Origin: Nitrospiria bacterium
GTDB taxonomy: Bacteria; Nitrospirota; Nitrospiria; JACQBZ01
NCBI GenBank assembly: GCA_035517655.1
Contig: DATIYJ010000041.1
Coordinates: 5,801 to 69,800, forward strand
Direction: 5' to 3'
DNA length: 64,000 nucleotides
In this document: positions 39,724-50,961 of the stretch, piece after piece
Position numbering within the stretch: the stretch's first letter is position 1
Layout: each line of letters starts with the position of its first letter
Program-made: the position numbers and the translations under genes
Notes under the pieces: model-generated
What the model was told of the DNA's origin: nothing
What the model saw: only the letters and a program-made list of their open reading frames with translations
Database searches by the model: none

Positions 39724-40117
39724 GGCCGATTTCAGTTCTTCTCCCGCGCGTCAGCCAGTAGATGAAACCGCCGGCTCCGCCGAGCAAGAAGCCCAAGGGA
39801 CCGGTTATGAAAATACCGAGAAGCGGGCCCTGGTTGGCCCCCGGATCAAAAATCATCGGTCCGAAGAAGCCCGCCGAAAAACCGATGCCTCCCAGCACGA
39901 TGGCCCCGTAGAAGACCGAGGAAATCAAATCGCCGGGCGCCGATCCGGTTTTTCTCCAGACATACCAGCCCGCGCCCGCCGCGCATACTAGCGACACGAT
40001 GCTGGCGATCCAACGCTGGTCGCCCAGGGGGATCAATGAAAACGGCAGCCAATAGATGAAGAAGTTGGTCGCGGGCACCACGAACAAAACGGCCAGTACT
40101 CGAAAACCCCACTTCAT
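39713..40117 (-). CDS. Small hypothetical membrane protein (Gly-rich TM helices)
   Basis: 134 aa, 3-4 TM segments. No recognisable domain. Confidence 0.45.
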   Translation of the reverse strand: MKWGFRVLAVLFVVPATNFFIYWLPFSLIPLGDQRWIASIVSLVCAAGAGWYVWRKTGSAPGDLISSVFYGAIVLGGIGFSAGFFGPMIFDPGANQGPLLGIFITGPLGFLLGGAGGFIYWLTRGRRTEIGHED

Positions 40118-40205
40118 CAGGAGAAGGCCTCCACTCGGAATGATTGCACTATTTCATTATAGCTCCTTGCGTACGGCTCCGGAGCGCGACGCATTAAACC
40201 CTGTC

Positions 40206-40586
40206 TCAGTCGTTATAATGGGCGACGACCCTCGACACCTTTCCCGTACGGCCGATTTCCATGAACTCTCCCGTTTTCGCGCCTTTTTGATTCACATAGT
40301 ACAGCACGACGCTGTTCAGCCCCCACATCAGGTCGAGCAATCGAAACGCCAGGTCGGGATAGGCTTCAAGCCCCTTTTTGAAGTAGGCGCGCAGCGCGGC
40401 CTCGCCGCGGACGGTGCCGGACGGATCGTTCAGGAGTTTCGCGGCGACCGGCGAGCTCAATACCACGTCGTCTTCATAATGCGACATGATTTTGTCCAAA
40501 TCATGCGCGTTCCAGGCCGCCATCCAGTGATTCGCCAATTCATTGGCTTGCTCTTTCGTCATCATACGCGTCTCCAATTCATCCAA
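40206..40586 (-). CDS. SnoaL-like / NTF2-fold protein (ketosteroid isomerase-like)
   Basis: ANHWMAAWNAHDLDKIMSHYEDDVV is typical of the SnoaL-like polyketide cyclase family. Confidence 0.65.
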   Translation of the reverse strand: MDELETRMMTKEQANELANHWMAAWNAHDLDKIMSHYEDDVVLSSPVAAKLLNDPSGTVRGEAALRAYFKKGLEAYPDLAFRLLDLMWGLNSVVLYYVNQKGAKTGEFMEIGRTGKVSRVVAHYND

Positions 40587-40612
40587 CTCTCCGTTCCGGC
40601 GCGGGATAAGGA

Positions 40613-40885
40613 TTACTTGTTCTGGCGCTCCAGACTGTTCGCGATTCGCCCAAGCTGGTTCTCGATTCCTTCCAAGTGGTGGACGATCTTATCCCAGGGT
40701 TGGTTGAATCGAAAGCGACGCATGAGAAAGAACCACACAAGCATAAATAAGAGGAACGGTCCCCATGTTACAAGGAATGTGATCAGGAAACTCATCACAT
40801 CGGGATTGTTATCAGACGCAAAGGCCACCGCCGGCAAAAAAAGGCCGGCGAAAAAGCTGACGGCTTTCATCATATGTTTATACAT
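40613..40885 (-). CDS. Small hypothetical membrane protein
   Basis: 90 aa, two TM helices. Low-GC region. Confidence 0.45.
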   Translation of the reverse strand: MYKHMMKAVSFFAGLFLPAVAFASDNNPDVMSFLITFLVTWGPFLLFMLVWFFLMRRFRFNQPWDKIVHHLEGIENQLGRIANSLERQNK

Positions 40886-41031
40886 CGGACCTCCGTTTTT
40901 TAAGTCCCTTCTTTATTATTTCTTTACTTTTAACGGTCCGTATTCGGCCGCCTGCCATACCCTCGGCTCCGGCGCGGGGAAACAGTGTCATATTTCATGA
41001 ACGTACCCAGGGCCTTTTCTAATAGGTCGAA

Positions 41032-41400
41032 TCACTTCTTCGTCTCTTCAGCAACATCCTGAATTAGCTTCCGGAACCACCGTTTTTCATTGGATGTTTT
41101 TAGGAGCAACCGTTTCCATTGGGATACGCGATAGGTCGATGTCGTCTGTCCTGCGAAGACCAGACGTTCTTTCGTTTTTCGGTAATACCCGATTCTGATC
41201 CAATGTCCGCGGTAACCCGAAAATTTTATCAAATCAACGATGAGCCAGTAGAAAGCACCCGCGGGATTGCGACCCACTGAGAGAACAGTGCGATCCTCAA
41301 GCACCCCGCGTCTCTCGCCTTCATCTCCAGGGTAATGATACACAACGGGCTTTCTTATGCGGCTCAATATCTTTTCAACGGAAGTAAGATTCTTACCCAT
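41032..41400 (-). CDS. Hypothetical protein (low-GC orphan)
   Basis: Start at MGKNLTSVEK (41400). Low GC. Preceded by copy B of the 45 bp element. Confidence 0.5.
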   Translation of the reverse strand: MGKNLTSVEKILSRIRKPVVYHYPGDEGERRGVLEDRTVLSVGRNPAGAFYWLIVDLIKFSGYRGHWIRIGYYRKTKERLVFAGQTTSTYRVSQWKRLLLKTSNEKRWFRKLIQDVAEETKK

Positions 41401-41438
41401 GTTTTTTTCTCTTCCCCGCCAGTTTACCCACGCCCTCC

Positions 41439-41485
41439 GGCCTATATATATATAATAGATGCAGATCGAATATATTGCTCCTTTT
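41439..41485 (-). promoter_or_regulatory. Conserved 45 bp AT-rich upstream element, copy B (candidate promoter)
   Basis: GGCCTATATATATATAATAGATGCAGATCGAATATATTGCTCCTTTT. 39 to 85 bp upstream of the start at 41400. Confidence 0.5.
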
Positions 41486-41771
41486 CGATTGGGCACCGTA
41501 GTAGCAGCGGCGCAACATGCTACGCCCCTACAAGCGAAAACCCACGATTATGGATGATTGCATAGTCCGGAAGGACCGATGGACGGTGTGTGCGGGAAGC
41601 GAGAGGGGAGTGCGTGAGCATAACAGGAGCCTCCGAAGCCGTGTCGAGGTCCGGGCCTCGTTGGAAATCCATTTCCGAGACCGTGCTCAGACCGGCGCTA
41701 AATCAACCGAGAATATACCGGAACCGGGACAAAACGTCAACATCGCGCATCCCATTCGCGAACTCCGCGTT

Positions 41772-41800
41772 TGACAAGATCGTAAAGTTCTTCTACGATG
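41772..41800 (+). promoter_or_regulatory. Candidate promoter of the FGGY kinase gene (near-leaderless)
   Basis: TTGACA-N17-TACGAT ending 7 nt before ATG 41798. Confidence 0.4.
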
Positions 41801-41806
41801 CGCCGC

Positions 41807-43270
41807 ATGGCGGAATTTCTTTTGGGACTCGATCAGGGGAGCACGAACTCGAAAGCTGTTCTTGTAGACCGCAAAGGGCGTATCGTTCGTCTTGCGGCCG
41901 CGCCGCTCAAGACGATCCGGCCCCGTCCGGGCTGGGTCGAGCACGATCCGAAGGCGATACTGAATTCCCAGTTGAACGCGGCCAAGCAATCGATCCGTTC
42001 TGTCGGCAAGAAAAATGTGATCACGGCCCTCGGCATCGCCAACCAGCGCTCGACGATCATTCTCTGGGACAAAAAAACCGGCCGCCCCTTGACGCCCGCG
42101 ATCAGCTGGCAGGATTTGAGAGCGGCCGAGCTGGCGCAACAGTGGGGCGAACAACGGGATTTGATCCGCTCGAAAACCGGACTGATGCTCACGCCGTATT
42201 ACGCCGCCCCGAAACTGCGCTGGCTTCTGGACCGCTCGAAGGGACTGCGCGCAAAAGCCGAAAAGGGAGACATCCTTTGCGGCACGGTCAACACCTATCT
42301 CATCTGGCAGCTCACGAAGGGCGAGGTCCACGCGACCGATCAAACCAACGCGGCGCGTACGCTCCTAATGAATCTGTACAGCCTCTCGTGGGATGAGGAG
42401 CTGTTGTCGCTTTTTGACATTCCCGCCCCGATGCTTCCACGCATCCTTCCGACCTCGGCCGAGTTCGGCGCGGCCCGTCTCGGCGGCGTTGTGATCCCGA
42501 TACGGGCCTCCATCGGGGATCAGCAGGCCGGGCTCCTGGGGCTGGGCGCGGTCGACGCGGGAGAGGCGGTCGTGAATTACGGCACCGGCGGGTTTCTGTT
42601 GGTGAACACGGGCGACCGATCGGTCCTGGTCCCGGGCTTGCTGTCCAGCCTCGCCTGGTCGACGCCGGATGAGACGGCCTACGTCACCGAGGGAACGGTC
42701 AATGCCGTGGGGACGGCGTTCGATTGGCTGCAAAAGACGGGATGGCTCAAGTCGCCGAACGAGATCGACCGGGTCGTCCGATCGTCCAACGAACGGGTCT
42801 ATCTCGTCCCGGCCCTCGCGGGGCTGGGCGCCCCGCACTGGCTGAGCGGGGCCCGGACGGGGATCTTCGGTCTCGGCCCGACGACCACGAAGGCGGACCT
42901 CATCCGCGCCGCGGTCGAGGGTATCGCTTTCCTGATCAAGGACATCGCCGAGGCGATACAACGGAACGGCCCGATCCGGATCAAGACGCTGACGGCCGGC
43001 GGCGGAGCGTCTTGCATCGACTCGTTGATTCAGACGCAGGCCGATTGGCTCGGCCTTTCGATCCGACGGTCCGATGCGGCCGAGGCCGCGGCCCTCGGCG
43101 CGGCGCTTCTGGCCGGCGTGGGAAACGGTTGGTGGAAATCCCCGTCGTTGGTTCCGAAGATCAGGACCGGAAAAATTTTCCGGCCCCGGATGGCCGAGGG
43201 CGAGCGCGAAAGAATCTACGGGCGGTGGAAGAGGGCGATCGAGGCGGTAAGGGTGTTCAGCGAGGGGTGA
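41807..43270 (+). CDS. FGGY-family carbohydrate kinase, glycerol-kinase-like
   Basis: LGLDQGSTNSKAV and RPGWVEHDP segments match the FGGY N-domain. C-domain GGGA motif (LTAGGGAS). Confidence 0.75.
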   Translation: MAEFLLGLDQGSTNSKAVLVDRKGRIVRLAAAPLKTIRPRPGWVEHDPKAILNSQLNAAKQSIRSVGKKNVITALGIANQRSTIILWDKKTGRPLTPAISWQDLRAAELAQQWGEQRDLIRSKTGLMLTPYYAAPKLRWLLDRSKGLRAKAEKGDILCGTVNTYLIWQLTKGEVHATDQTNAARTLLMNLYSLSWDEELLSLFDIPAPMLPRILPTSAEFGAARLGGVVIPIRASIGDQQAGLLGLGAVDAGEAVVNYGTGGFLLVNTGDRSVLVPGLLSSLAWSTPDETAYVTEGTVNAVGTAFDWLQKTGWLKSPNEIDRVVRSSNERVYLVPALAGLGAPHWLSGARTGIFGLGPTTTKADLIRAAVEGIAFLIKDIAEAIQRNGPIRIKTLTAGGGASCIDSLIQTQADWLGLSIRRSDAAEAAALGAALLAGVGNGWWKSPSLVPKIRTGKIFRPRMAEGERERIYGRWKRAIEAVRVFSEG

Positions 43271-43296
43271 CCGTAGGGGTGCGGCAGGCTGCGCCC

Positions 43297-44685
43297 CTAC
43301 TTTTTCGTGTCGGGTTTGTTCTCTTTCTTCGGTTCTTCCTTCTTGATCAATTCCGATTTTCGCGGAATCTCGTCCAGAAAATCCTTGTTCACCAGCGCGA
43401 TGCCGAGCGGGGTGTTGCCCTGCGCGTAGAGCATCCCTTTGAGCTCGCGTCCCAGATGAAGCTCGGCCAGCGGTTTTTGCTTCGCGTCCAGAAGCCGGAT
43501 CGCGTCGACGGGCGGCTTGAGCCCGACGGCGGCCGGTTTTTTCACCGGGGTCTCGACCGCCTGAAACGCCTTGAGCTTGTCGATCTGGTCCAGAAGGCGC
43601 TTGACCAGGTCCTGTTTGACCGGCCGCGCCGGGTTCTGCATCGCCCAGCCCGCGTCCTTCGATACCAGCGTGTATTGATCGGCCGGCGTCCGGACTTCGA
43701 TCGTCTTTACCGCGTCCGTTTTGACGTCGACCAGACGTTTGTCCTCGTAGTGGAACAACTCCGGCTTGAGCTCGTCCATGTTGGCCTTGGCCACCCGGTA
43801 GATCGGCTTGTCCGGATCGGTGACCACGTAGACGCTGTCCTTCTCCGTGGCCGCGTAGAACCGCGCGGTCTGCGTTTTGGGCGCGCCGTCGCCCGGCTCG
43901 CGTGTCGTGACGGTGACGAGCGGTTTTTTCAGGCCCTTCAGCGTCTTGTCATGGTCCGGTCCGGGATCGATGAAGGCCGTGGCGCGGAGGTTCTGCAGCA
44001 TCAGGGTCAGGGTGTCCAGCGCATCCCCGTCCGCGGGCGCCTGGACCGGCTTTTTCAAAAGCCAGCGCTTGTCCTGCTTGTCCAGCTGAAAAGTTCGTTT
44101 GGGAAATTCGAGCGAGACCTGGTCCACCTTGTCGTGGTCGATGGTCAGGATGATCTTCGTCCGGAAATCGAAGGCCGTACGGGTCAGCGATCCTTTGATC
44201 CATTGCTGCGCCAGGACCACGCGCGGGTCGCCGTCCTTTTGAATGTAGATTGTGTTGGGAATCGGGCCGTCGTCGCCGATCAACAAGCGCACCGCGCGGT
44301 CGGGCAGGGTGAGCGTGATGTCCGCGTTGGGATGCGCCAGGCCGAACTCGGCCATGTTCTGGACCTTCTCTTCGACCACCCGGGTGAAGCGGACGTCCCC
44401 CACGGTCGCAACCAGGCTCTGGACCTCGCGCTGGTCGGCGTCGGTCTGCAGGGGCCGGGTCAGCCGCCATTTCCCGTCCGCGGATTTCTTGAGCTCGATC
44501 CCGCCGGACGGGTAATGTAGTTCGACGGCATTGACGTCCTCGCTCTTGAAGTCGAAGAGCCGGTCGGCGTTCTGCGCGGCCTCGTCGGCTTTTTTCCGGT
44601 GCGGGATCTCGACGACGACCAGGTAGATCCCGAGCAGGAGCAGGACGGCGGCCATGACGAGCGTCGTTGTGAATTTGTGGCGCAC
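43297..44685 (-). CDS. DUF4340-domain protein (GldG-associated)
   Basis: N-terminal TM anchor. Repeated beta-rich units. Position after a GldG-like gene is typical. Confidence 0.65.
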   Translation of the reverse strand: MRHKFTTTLVMAAVLLLLGIYLVVVEIPHRKKADEAAQNADRLFDFKSEDVNAVELHYPSGGIELKKSADGKWRLTRPLQTDADQREVQSLVATVGDVRFTRVVEEKVQNMAEFGLAHPNADITLTLPDRAVRLLIGDDGPIPNTIYIQKDGDPRVVLAQQWIKGSLTRTAFDFRTKIILTIDHDKVDQVSLEFPKRTFQLDKQDKRWLLKKPVQAPADGDALDTLTLMLQNLRATAFIDPGPDHDKTLKGLKKPLVTVTTREPGDGAPKTQTARFYAATEKDSVYVVTDPDKPIYRVAKANMDELKPELFHYEDKRLVDVKTDAVKTIEVRTPADQYTLVSKDAGWAMQNPARPVKQDLVKRLLDQIDKLKAFQAVETPVKKPAAVGLKPPVDAIRLLDAKQKPLAELHLGRELKGMLYAQGNTPLGIALVNKDFLDEIPRKSELIKKEEPKKENKPDTKK

Positions 44686-46256
44686 TATAGAAGCCTCCGG
44701 CGCCTCCAGATGCCGATCCCGGTGAGGAAGACCCCCGCGGGAAGGAGCAGGAGCGAGACGTACATCAGGAGGGTCCCCTGGGAGCTCGACAGGAAGAGCG
44801 GGGTGAAACGGGTCTCCTTCGGCCGGATGGAGATCAGCCCCTTTTCCTGGGCCAACCAGGTGACGGTGTTGAGGAACAGGTCGCCGTTTCCGGAAAAATT
44901 AAAAGTGCCGTTCGCGGCAAAGTCGGAGTCTCCGAACACGACCAGCGTCGGCCGCGCCTCGTCGGCCGCGGCGTGGGCGTCGGGGCCGTGGCTGTGTTCG
45001 GAGGATCCGGAGGAGGATTTCTTGGTGATCACGGCGGCCAGGGTCAAGGGCCCCCGGACGTCTTCCGCCGGGTTGAAATTCAACCGGCCCTCGGCCAGGC
45101 GGGTCTTGGACCAGCTGTTGTCGCTGGTCTGCGCGAGCGGTTTGTAATCGAACTCCGACGCCCGGCCTGGATCGAAATTGACGGACTCGGCGACCGGGAA
45201 AAAGGTCGCGAGGTTGAAGCCTTTGGTGATGTCATGGGGAGGATAGTTCGTCACGACCGGGATGGTGAAGTCTCCGCCCAGCAGCCGGGAAACGGGGTCG
45301 ACGATCAGCCCCTTCCCCATTTTGATTCCCCACTGAGACAGAATGTCGTCCAGGTTCGTCCGGCTGTCGGGGTCGAGAAGAAGCAGGACCTTTCCGTCGG
45401 CGGTCAGATAGCTGGACAGGGCGGTCTTCTCCTGAGGGAGGAAGCCTTTCTGCGGGCCGGCGACGACCAGCACGGCCGTTTTGTCCGGGACTTTTCCTTC
45501 CTCCAGAAGGGAGAGCGGGCCGACGTCGAACCCCTGCGCCTGGAGAGCGTCCCTCACGCGGGAGTAGCCCGTTTTCTCCTGATCCGAAAGACCGTGCTCC
45601 CCGTGATTCTCCAGGAAAAGAATTTTGCGGCGCTCGTCCTGGCCGATGCGGATGATCGCGTTGGTCAACTCCTGTTCGTTGACCGATTTGACCTGGGTTT
45701 CCTGCTTGCCGCTCTCGATCACGAGGGTGTCGTACTGGGTGATTCCGTACTGTTTGGCCAGGGACGGATTTTTATCGGGATCGACGAGCGTGTACGTGAC
45801 GCGCGGATTGCGGTAATTGTAACTGCCCAGCAGGTCCTTGGCCTCCGAACGGCTCCGTCCCTGTTCCGAGACAAAGGCCGTGACCTTCACGTCCCGGTTC
45901 AGGTTCTTTAAAACCTCCAGCGTCTGCGGGGCGAGGGAGAAGGCCGAGGTTTCCGAAAAATCGAAGCGGAGGTGATGGCGGGACAGGATGAAGTTCAGAA
46001 TGCCCAGGATGCCGATGAAGATGAGAACCATGAGGATGCTGTTCAGGCCGAATTTGGTGGACCGACGCGCCGAAAAGGATTTGAGGGCCTCGAAATGGAC
46101 GATGAAGAACAGAACCAGAAGACCGAGCGCGACCAGTTCCGCCAGGCTCACGTAGGGCTTCCATTGGGGATTGACCTGATAGACGATGGCGGCGGCGACG
46201 GCCGTCAGGACGCCCAGCCATCCGGCGGCTCGGCTCAATGTGTTCAGCATTCCCAT
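44685..46256 (-). CDS. GldG-family ABC-transporter auxiliary protein
   Basis: N- and C-terminal TM anchors. Large periplasmic GldG-like domain. Downstream of the ABC-2 permease. Confidence 0.8.
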   Translation of the reverse strand: MGMLNTLSRAAGWLGVLTAVAAAIVYQVNPQWKPYVSLAELVALGLLVLFFIVHFEALKSFSARRSTKFGLNSILMVLIFIGILGILNFILSRHHLRFDFSETSAFSLAPQTLEVLKNLNRDVKVTAFVSEQGRSRSEAKDLLGSYNYRNPRVTYTLVDPDKNPSLAKQYGITQYDTLVIESGKQETQVKSVNEQELTNAIIRIGQDERRKILFLENHGEHGLSDQEKTGYSRVRDALQAQGFDVGPLSLLEEGKVPDKTAVLVVAGPQKGFLPQEKTALSSYLTADGKVLLLLDPDSRTNLDDILSQWGIKMGKGLIVDPVSRLLGGDFTIPVVTNYPPHDITKGFNLATFFPVAESVNFDPGRASEFDYKPLAQTSDNSWSKTRLAEGRLNFNPAEDVRGPLTLAAVITKKSSSGSSEHSHGPDAHAAADEARPTLVVFGDSDFAANGTFNFSGNGDLFLNTVTWLAQEKGLISIRPKETRFTPLFLSSSQGTLLMYVSLLLLPAGVFLTGIGIWRRRRLL

Positions 46257-46282
46257 GGATCCTTCTTATTGGGGCTTATATC

Positions 46283-46357
46283 ATAGGGGCTCACGTCGCC
46301 CCCTCCATCGGAAAACCCCGATGGAGCCTCCCCCTCCCGCTCGCCGCGCTCGCCGGG
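46283..46357 (+). repeat. Intergenic repeat family copy 4 (short form) between the ABC-2 permease and gldG
   Basis: ATAGGGGCTCACGTCGCCCCCTCC-ATCGGAAAACCCCGATGGAGCC-TCCCCCTCCCGCTCGCCGCGCTCGCCGG. Central hairpin ATCGG/CGATG, a different sequence with the same pairing as copies 1 and 2. Confidence 0.75.
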
Positions 46358-46386
46358 CGGATTCTCCACGAGCTTATTCGGATGTC

Positions 46387-47157
46387 TCACTTCCATCGCT
46401 GCGACTCCAGAACGCGGTGGGTGATGAACAGTCCCACGATGATCAGGGTGAGCTGGTAGACCAGGTCCTCGGTATCGATCATCCCCTTGATGAAATTCTC
46501 GGTATGCTCGCCGATGGAAAGATAGGTGAGCAGCGAGCCCAGCGACGAGTCCGTCACGGTCTGGGAGATCCAGCCGATGAGCCACAAAATCAGGACCGCG
46601 CCGAAGCCGATGAAGCTGGCGATGATCTGGTTCTCGGTGAGCGACGACGCAAGCAGGCCGACCGCGATGAAGACGCCCCCCAGGAGCCAGATGCCGAGAT
46701 AGCCGGTCAGGATCGGCATCCACTGGACGGACCCGTAGTACCACATCAGGAACGGCATGTACGCCGTCAGGGCCAGCATCAGCGTGAAGACCGCCATCGC
46801 GGCGAGGTATTTGCCCAGCACGATGGACGTCAGCGGCACCGGCGAGGTCATCAGCAGTTCCATCGTCTTGGTCTTTTTTTCCTCGGCCAGAAGCCGCATC
46901 GTGATCAGCGGCAGGGTGAGCATCAGGATCACGGCCATGTTATGGAAGGTGGGGCGGAAGATCAGATCGTTCAGATTGATCTGCGGCAGGGCGCCCTGCA
47001 CGCGCATGATCTGCATGCTCTGGCTGCTGGCGAATAGGACGATGCTGTAAAACAGGTAGCCCGAAATCAGGATGAAGATCGCCGTCACCACGTAGGCGAT
47101 CGGGGAGTTGAACAGGACGCGAAGTTCTTTTCCCGCGATGGCGAGCGTGCTTTTCAT
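46387..47157 (-). CDS. ABC-2 type transporter permease (GldF-like)
   Basis: Start MKSTLAIAGKELR overlaps the ATPase stop (ATGA). Six TM helices. Confidence 0.8.
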   Translation of the reverse strand: MKSTLAIAGKELRVLFNSPIAYVVTAIFILISGYLFYSIVLFASSQSMQIMRVQGALPQINLNDLIFRPTFHNMAVILMLTLPLITMRLLAEEKKTKTMELLMTSPVPLTSIVLGKYLAAMAVFTLMLALTAYMPFLMWYYGSVQWMPILTGYLGIWLLGGVFIAVGLLASSLTENQIIASFIGFGAVLILWLIGWISQTVTDSSLGSLLTYLSIGEHTENFIKGMIDTEDLVYQLTLIIVGLFITHRVLESQRWK

Positions 47158-48161
47158 GACGTCTCTCCTTTCACGGCCGCCGGCTTTGATTCTTCCTGTC
47201 CGGTTTCTTCCTGTTTCGAGTCCTCTTGTCTCGATTCTTCCCGGGTCAACTGGAGGAAGACGTCTTCGAGCGACAGCTTGACCGCGGACAATTCCAAGAG
47301 ACCCCAGCCGCGGCGGACCGCCTGCGCGGCCAGCTCGGTCCGGATGTCGCGGCCCAGCTCGCATTCCACGATGAACACCTGCCCGTCGTTCGACGGTTCA
47401 TGGAAGATCGAGACGACGCCCGGGACGGATTTCAGCGCGTCCGGAGTTTCGGGCGCGGGCGTCCGGAGGGTCAGACGGATTTTTTCCGACCGGCGAAGCT
47501 GGGCCGACAGCGTGTCGGGCGTGTCGACGGCCACGATCCGGCCCCGGTGGATGATCACCACCCGCTGGCAGACGGCGGTCGCTTCGGGGAGGATGTGCGT
47601 GCTGAGGATGACGGTGTGCTGTCCGGCCAGGTCCTTGATGACCTGGCGCATCTCGATGATCTGTTTCGGATCGAGTCCGGTGGTCGGTTCGTCCAGAATC
47701 AGGACCTCGGGGTTGTGGATCAGGGCCTGGGCGAGACCGACGCGTTGTCGGTATCCCCGCGAAAGGTTGCCGATGAGGCGGCCGCGCACCTCGGTCAGCG
47801 CGCAGCGCTCCAGGGCCCGCGTCAGGGCCGCCGCGCGGTCCTTCCGTTCGACGCCCTTGATCCTCGAGATGAACCGGAGATACTCCGTCACGGTCATCTC
47901 GGTGTAGAGGGGCGGGACCTCGGGGAGATAGCCGATGTGGCGCTTGACCTCTTGAGGCTGTTCGAAGATATCGTAGCCGGCGACGGTGGCCGTCCCGCCG
48001 GTGGCCGGCATGAAACAGGTGAGGATGCGCATGGTCGTGGTTTTCCCGGCGCCGTTCGGCCCGAGGAAGGCCAGGATCTCGCCCTTCTGAACGTTGAACG
48101 TGACATTCTCGATGGCGGTGAGATCCCCGTAGCGTTTTGTGAGATTTTGAACGTCAATCAT
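47154..48161 (-). CDS. ABC transporter ATP-binding protein (GldA-like)
   Basis: Walker A GPNGAGKTT. Signature LSRGYRQR. Walker B ILDEPT. Confidence 0.9.
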   Translation of the reverse strand: MIDVQNLTKRYGDLTAIENVTFNVQKGEILAFLGPNGAGKTTTMRILTCFMPATGGTATVAGYDIFEQPQEVKRHIGYLPEVPPLYTEMTVTEYLRFISRIKGVERKDRAAALTRALERCALTEVRGRLIGNLSRGYRQRVGLAQALIHNPEVLILDEPTTGLDPKQIIEMRQVIKDLAGQHTVILSTHILPEATAVCQRVVIIHRGRIVAVDTPDTLSAQLRRSEKIRLTLRTPAPETPDALKSVPGVVSIFHEPSNDGQVFIVECELGRDIRTELAAQAVRRGWGLLELSAVKLSLEDVFLQLTREESRQEDSKQEETGQEESKPAAVKGETS

Positions 48162-48403
48162 CGTCGGTCCGTTTTCGTGTCGGCGCGGGGGTTCCCGTCT
48201 CGGTGAATGGATGATGGTTCCGGTTGGTCACGGCGAGTTTTCTTGAACGGACATCGGGAAAACCGGTTTCAACGGCATGAACTGGAAGAAAATTGTGTTT
48301 CGCATGGCTCGAAAAACAATATATCGCAACAAAAATTCGTTTGTCAAGTTTTCGCGATCGGATGGTTCGGTTTAGGAAGGATTGCGGGCCGGTCGCGGTC
48401 GTC

Positions 48404-48832
48404 TTAGCGGATCGTGAATCTCAGGGTCTTCAGGACGGTCCCGTCTTCGGACGTCACGTCCACTTTCCATGGCCCGCCGGCGGAGGGCAGAATCGTTTTC
48501 GTGCTGTAGGTGCGCCAACTCGCCGATTTGACCTGGAGGGTCACCTCCATCACCATCTTGTCTCCCTGGAACCAGAGATGCTTGATGACGGTCGGCAGTT
48601 GACCGCTCTTGATTTTCGTGAAGCAGTAGAGTTTCCCGACGCCCGAATCGAACGAGACGCCCGGCCGGACCGGCGTCAGGTTTTCCACGCCGGACGCGAT
48701 CACCGCTTCTTCGATGGCGAGCGACGGCGCGGGTTTTTCCTGCGAAGAGACCATGCGGTTTCCCATCGCCGCCGTCAGGATTCCCAACGCCAGCAAACCG
48801 TGCATTGCGGCCTGTAGACGAGACCGGGTCAT
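48404..48832 (-). CDS. DUF2914-like secreted protein
   Basis: Signal peptide. Conserved YCFTKI...IKHLW segment. Confidence 0.55.
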   Translation of the reverse strand: MTRSRLQAAMHGLLALGILTAAMGNRMVSSQEKPAPSLAIEEAVIASGVENLTPVRPGVSFDSGVGKLYCFTKIKSGQLPTVIKHLWFQGDKMVMEVTLQVKSASWRTYSTKTILPSAGGPWKVDVTSEDGTVLKTLRFTIR

Positions 48833-48848
48833 TTCGATCCCCTTGGTT

Positions 48849-49334
48849 TCAGCCCGGCGCCGATCCGGGAGACGGCGGTTCGCGCTCGTTCTTTTTCAAG
48901 CTTTCCAAACCCGCCAGGATGCGATGCTCCAGTTCCGGTCCCCAATTCGGCAGTGTTCGGAGGAGGCGCGACCGGGCGAGTTGTTCGAGGTCCTGGAGGT
49001 TTTCGATGCGAAATCGTTTATAGAGCACCGCGGCCGCGTCGGGGTCGAGACCGGGCAGGTCAAACGGGGCGTTTTCGGCCCCCGGGAGGGCGGGTTCGAA
49101 TTCGCGGATCGTTCCGGTTTTCAGTCCTTCGAGAATTTTCCGTTCCAGGTCCCGGCCGATTCCCGGAATGGATTTTAACCGGCCCCGTTGGGCGAGGTCG
49201 GCCACCGAATCCTTCAAGCGTTCAAGGTTGTCTGCGGCTTTGCGATAGGCCCGTATCCGATAGGGATTGGCCCCCTCCAACTGCAGGCGATCCGCGATGA
49301 TCCGGAAAGCGTCCGCGACCTGTTGATTCGTCAT
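48849..49334 (-). CDS. Helix-hairpin-helix DNA-binding protein resembling the PolX N-terminal (8 kDa plus fingers) domain
   Basis: HhH motifs LKSIPGIGRDLERKI and a second GxG hairpin. Start at MTNQQV. Confidence 0.6.
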   Translation of the reverse strand: MTNQQVADAFRIIADRLQLEGANPYRIRAYRKAADNLERLKDSVADLAQRGRLKSIPGIGRDLERKILEGLKTGTIREFEPALPGAENAPFDLPGLDPDAAAVLYKRFRIENLQDLEQLARSRLLRTLPNWGPELEHRILAGLESLKKNEREPPSPGSAPG

Positions 49335-49487
49335 GGAATAATTATACCACAAGCGTAACCCGATCGGAGGGGACCGGGAACCGCAGGCGCGTGAAGATCG
49401 AAACGGCCGAAGAATCCCGGCGTTTCGGTGGGGCGCTTTGGAATGACTGAAAAATACCGGAGGTCGACGCGCCCCGGATGTTTTAAC

Positions 49488-50938
<1,451 letters not shown>

Positions 50939-50961
50939 AATCAATTGTGGGGTTTGGGGAT

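Noticed and set aside
41477-41495. Sigma-54-like TGGGCAC...GC motif
   Set aside because: GG-to-GC spacing is 11 rather than 10. No appropriately placed downstream gene or enhancer-binding protein in the vicinity.
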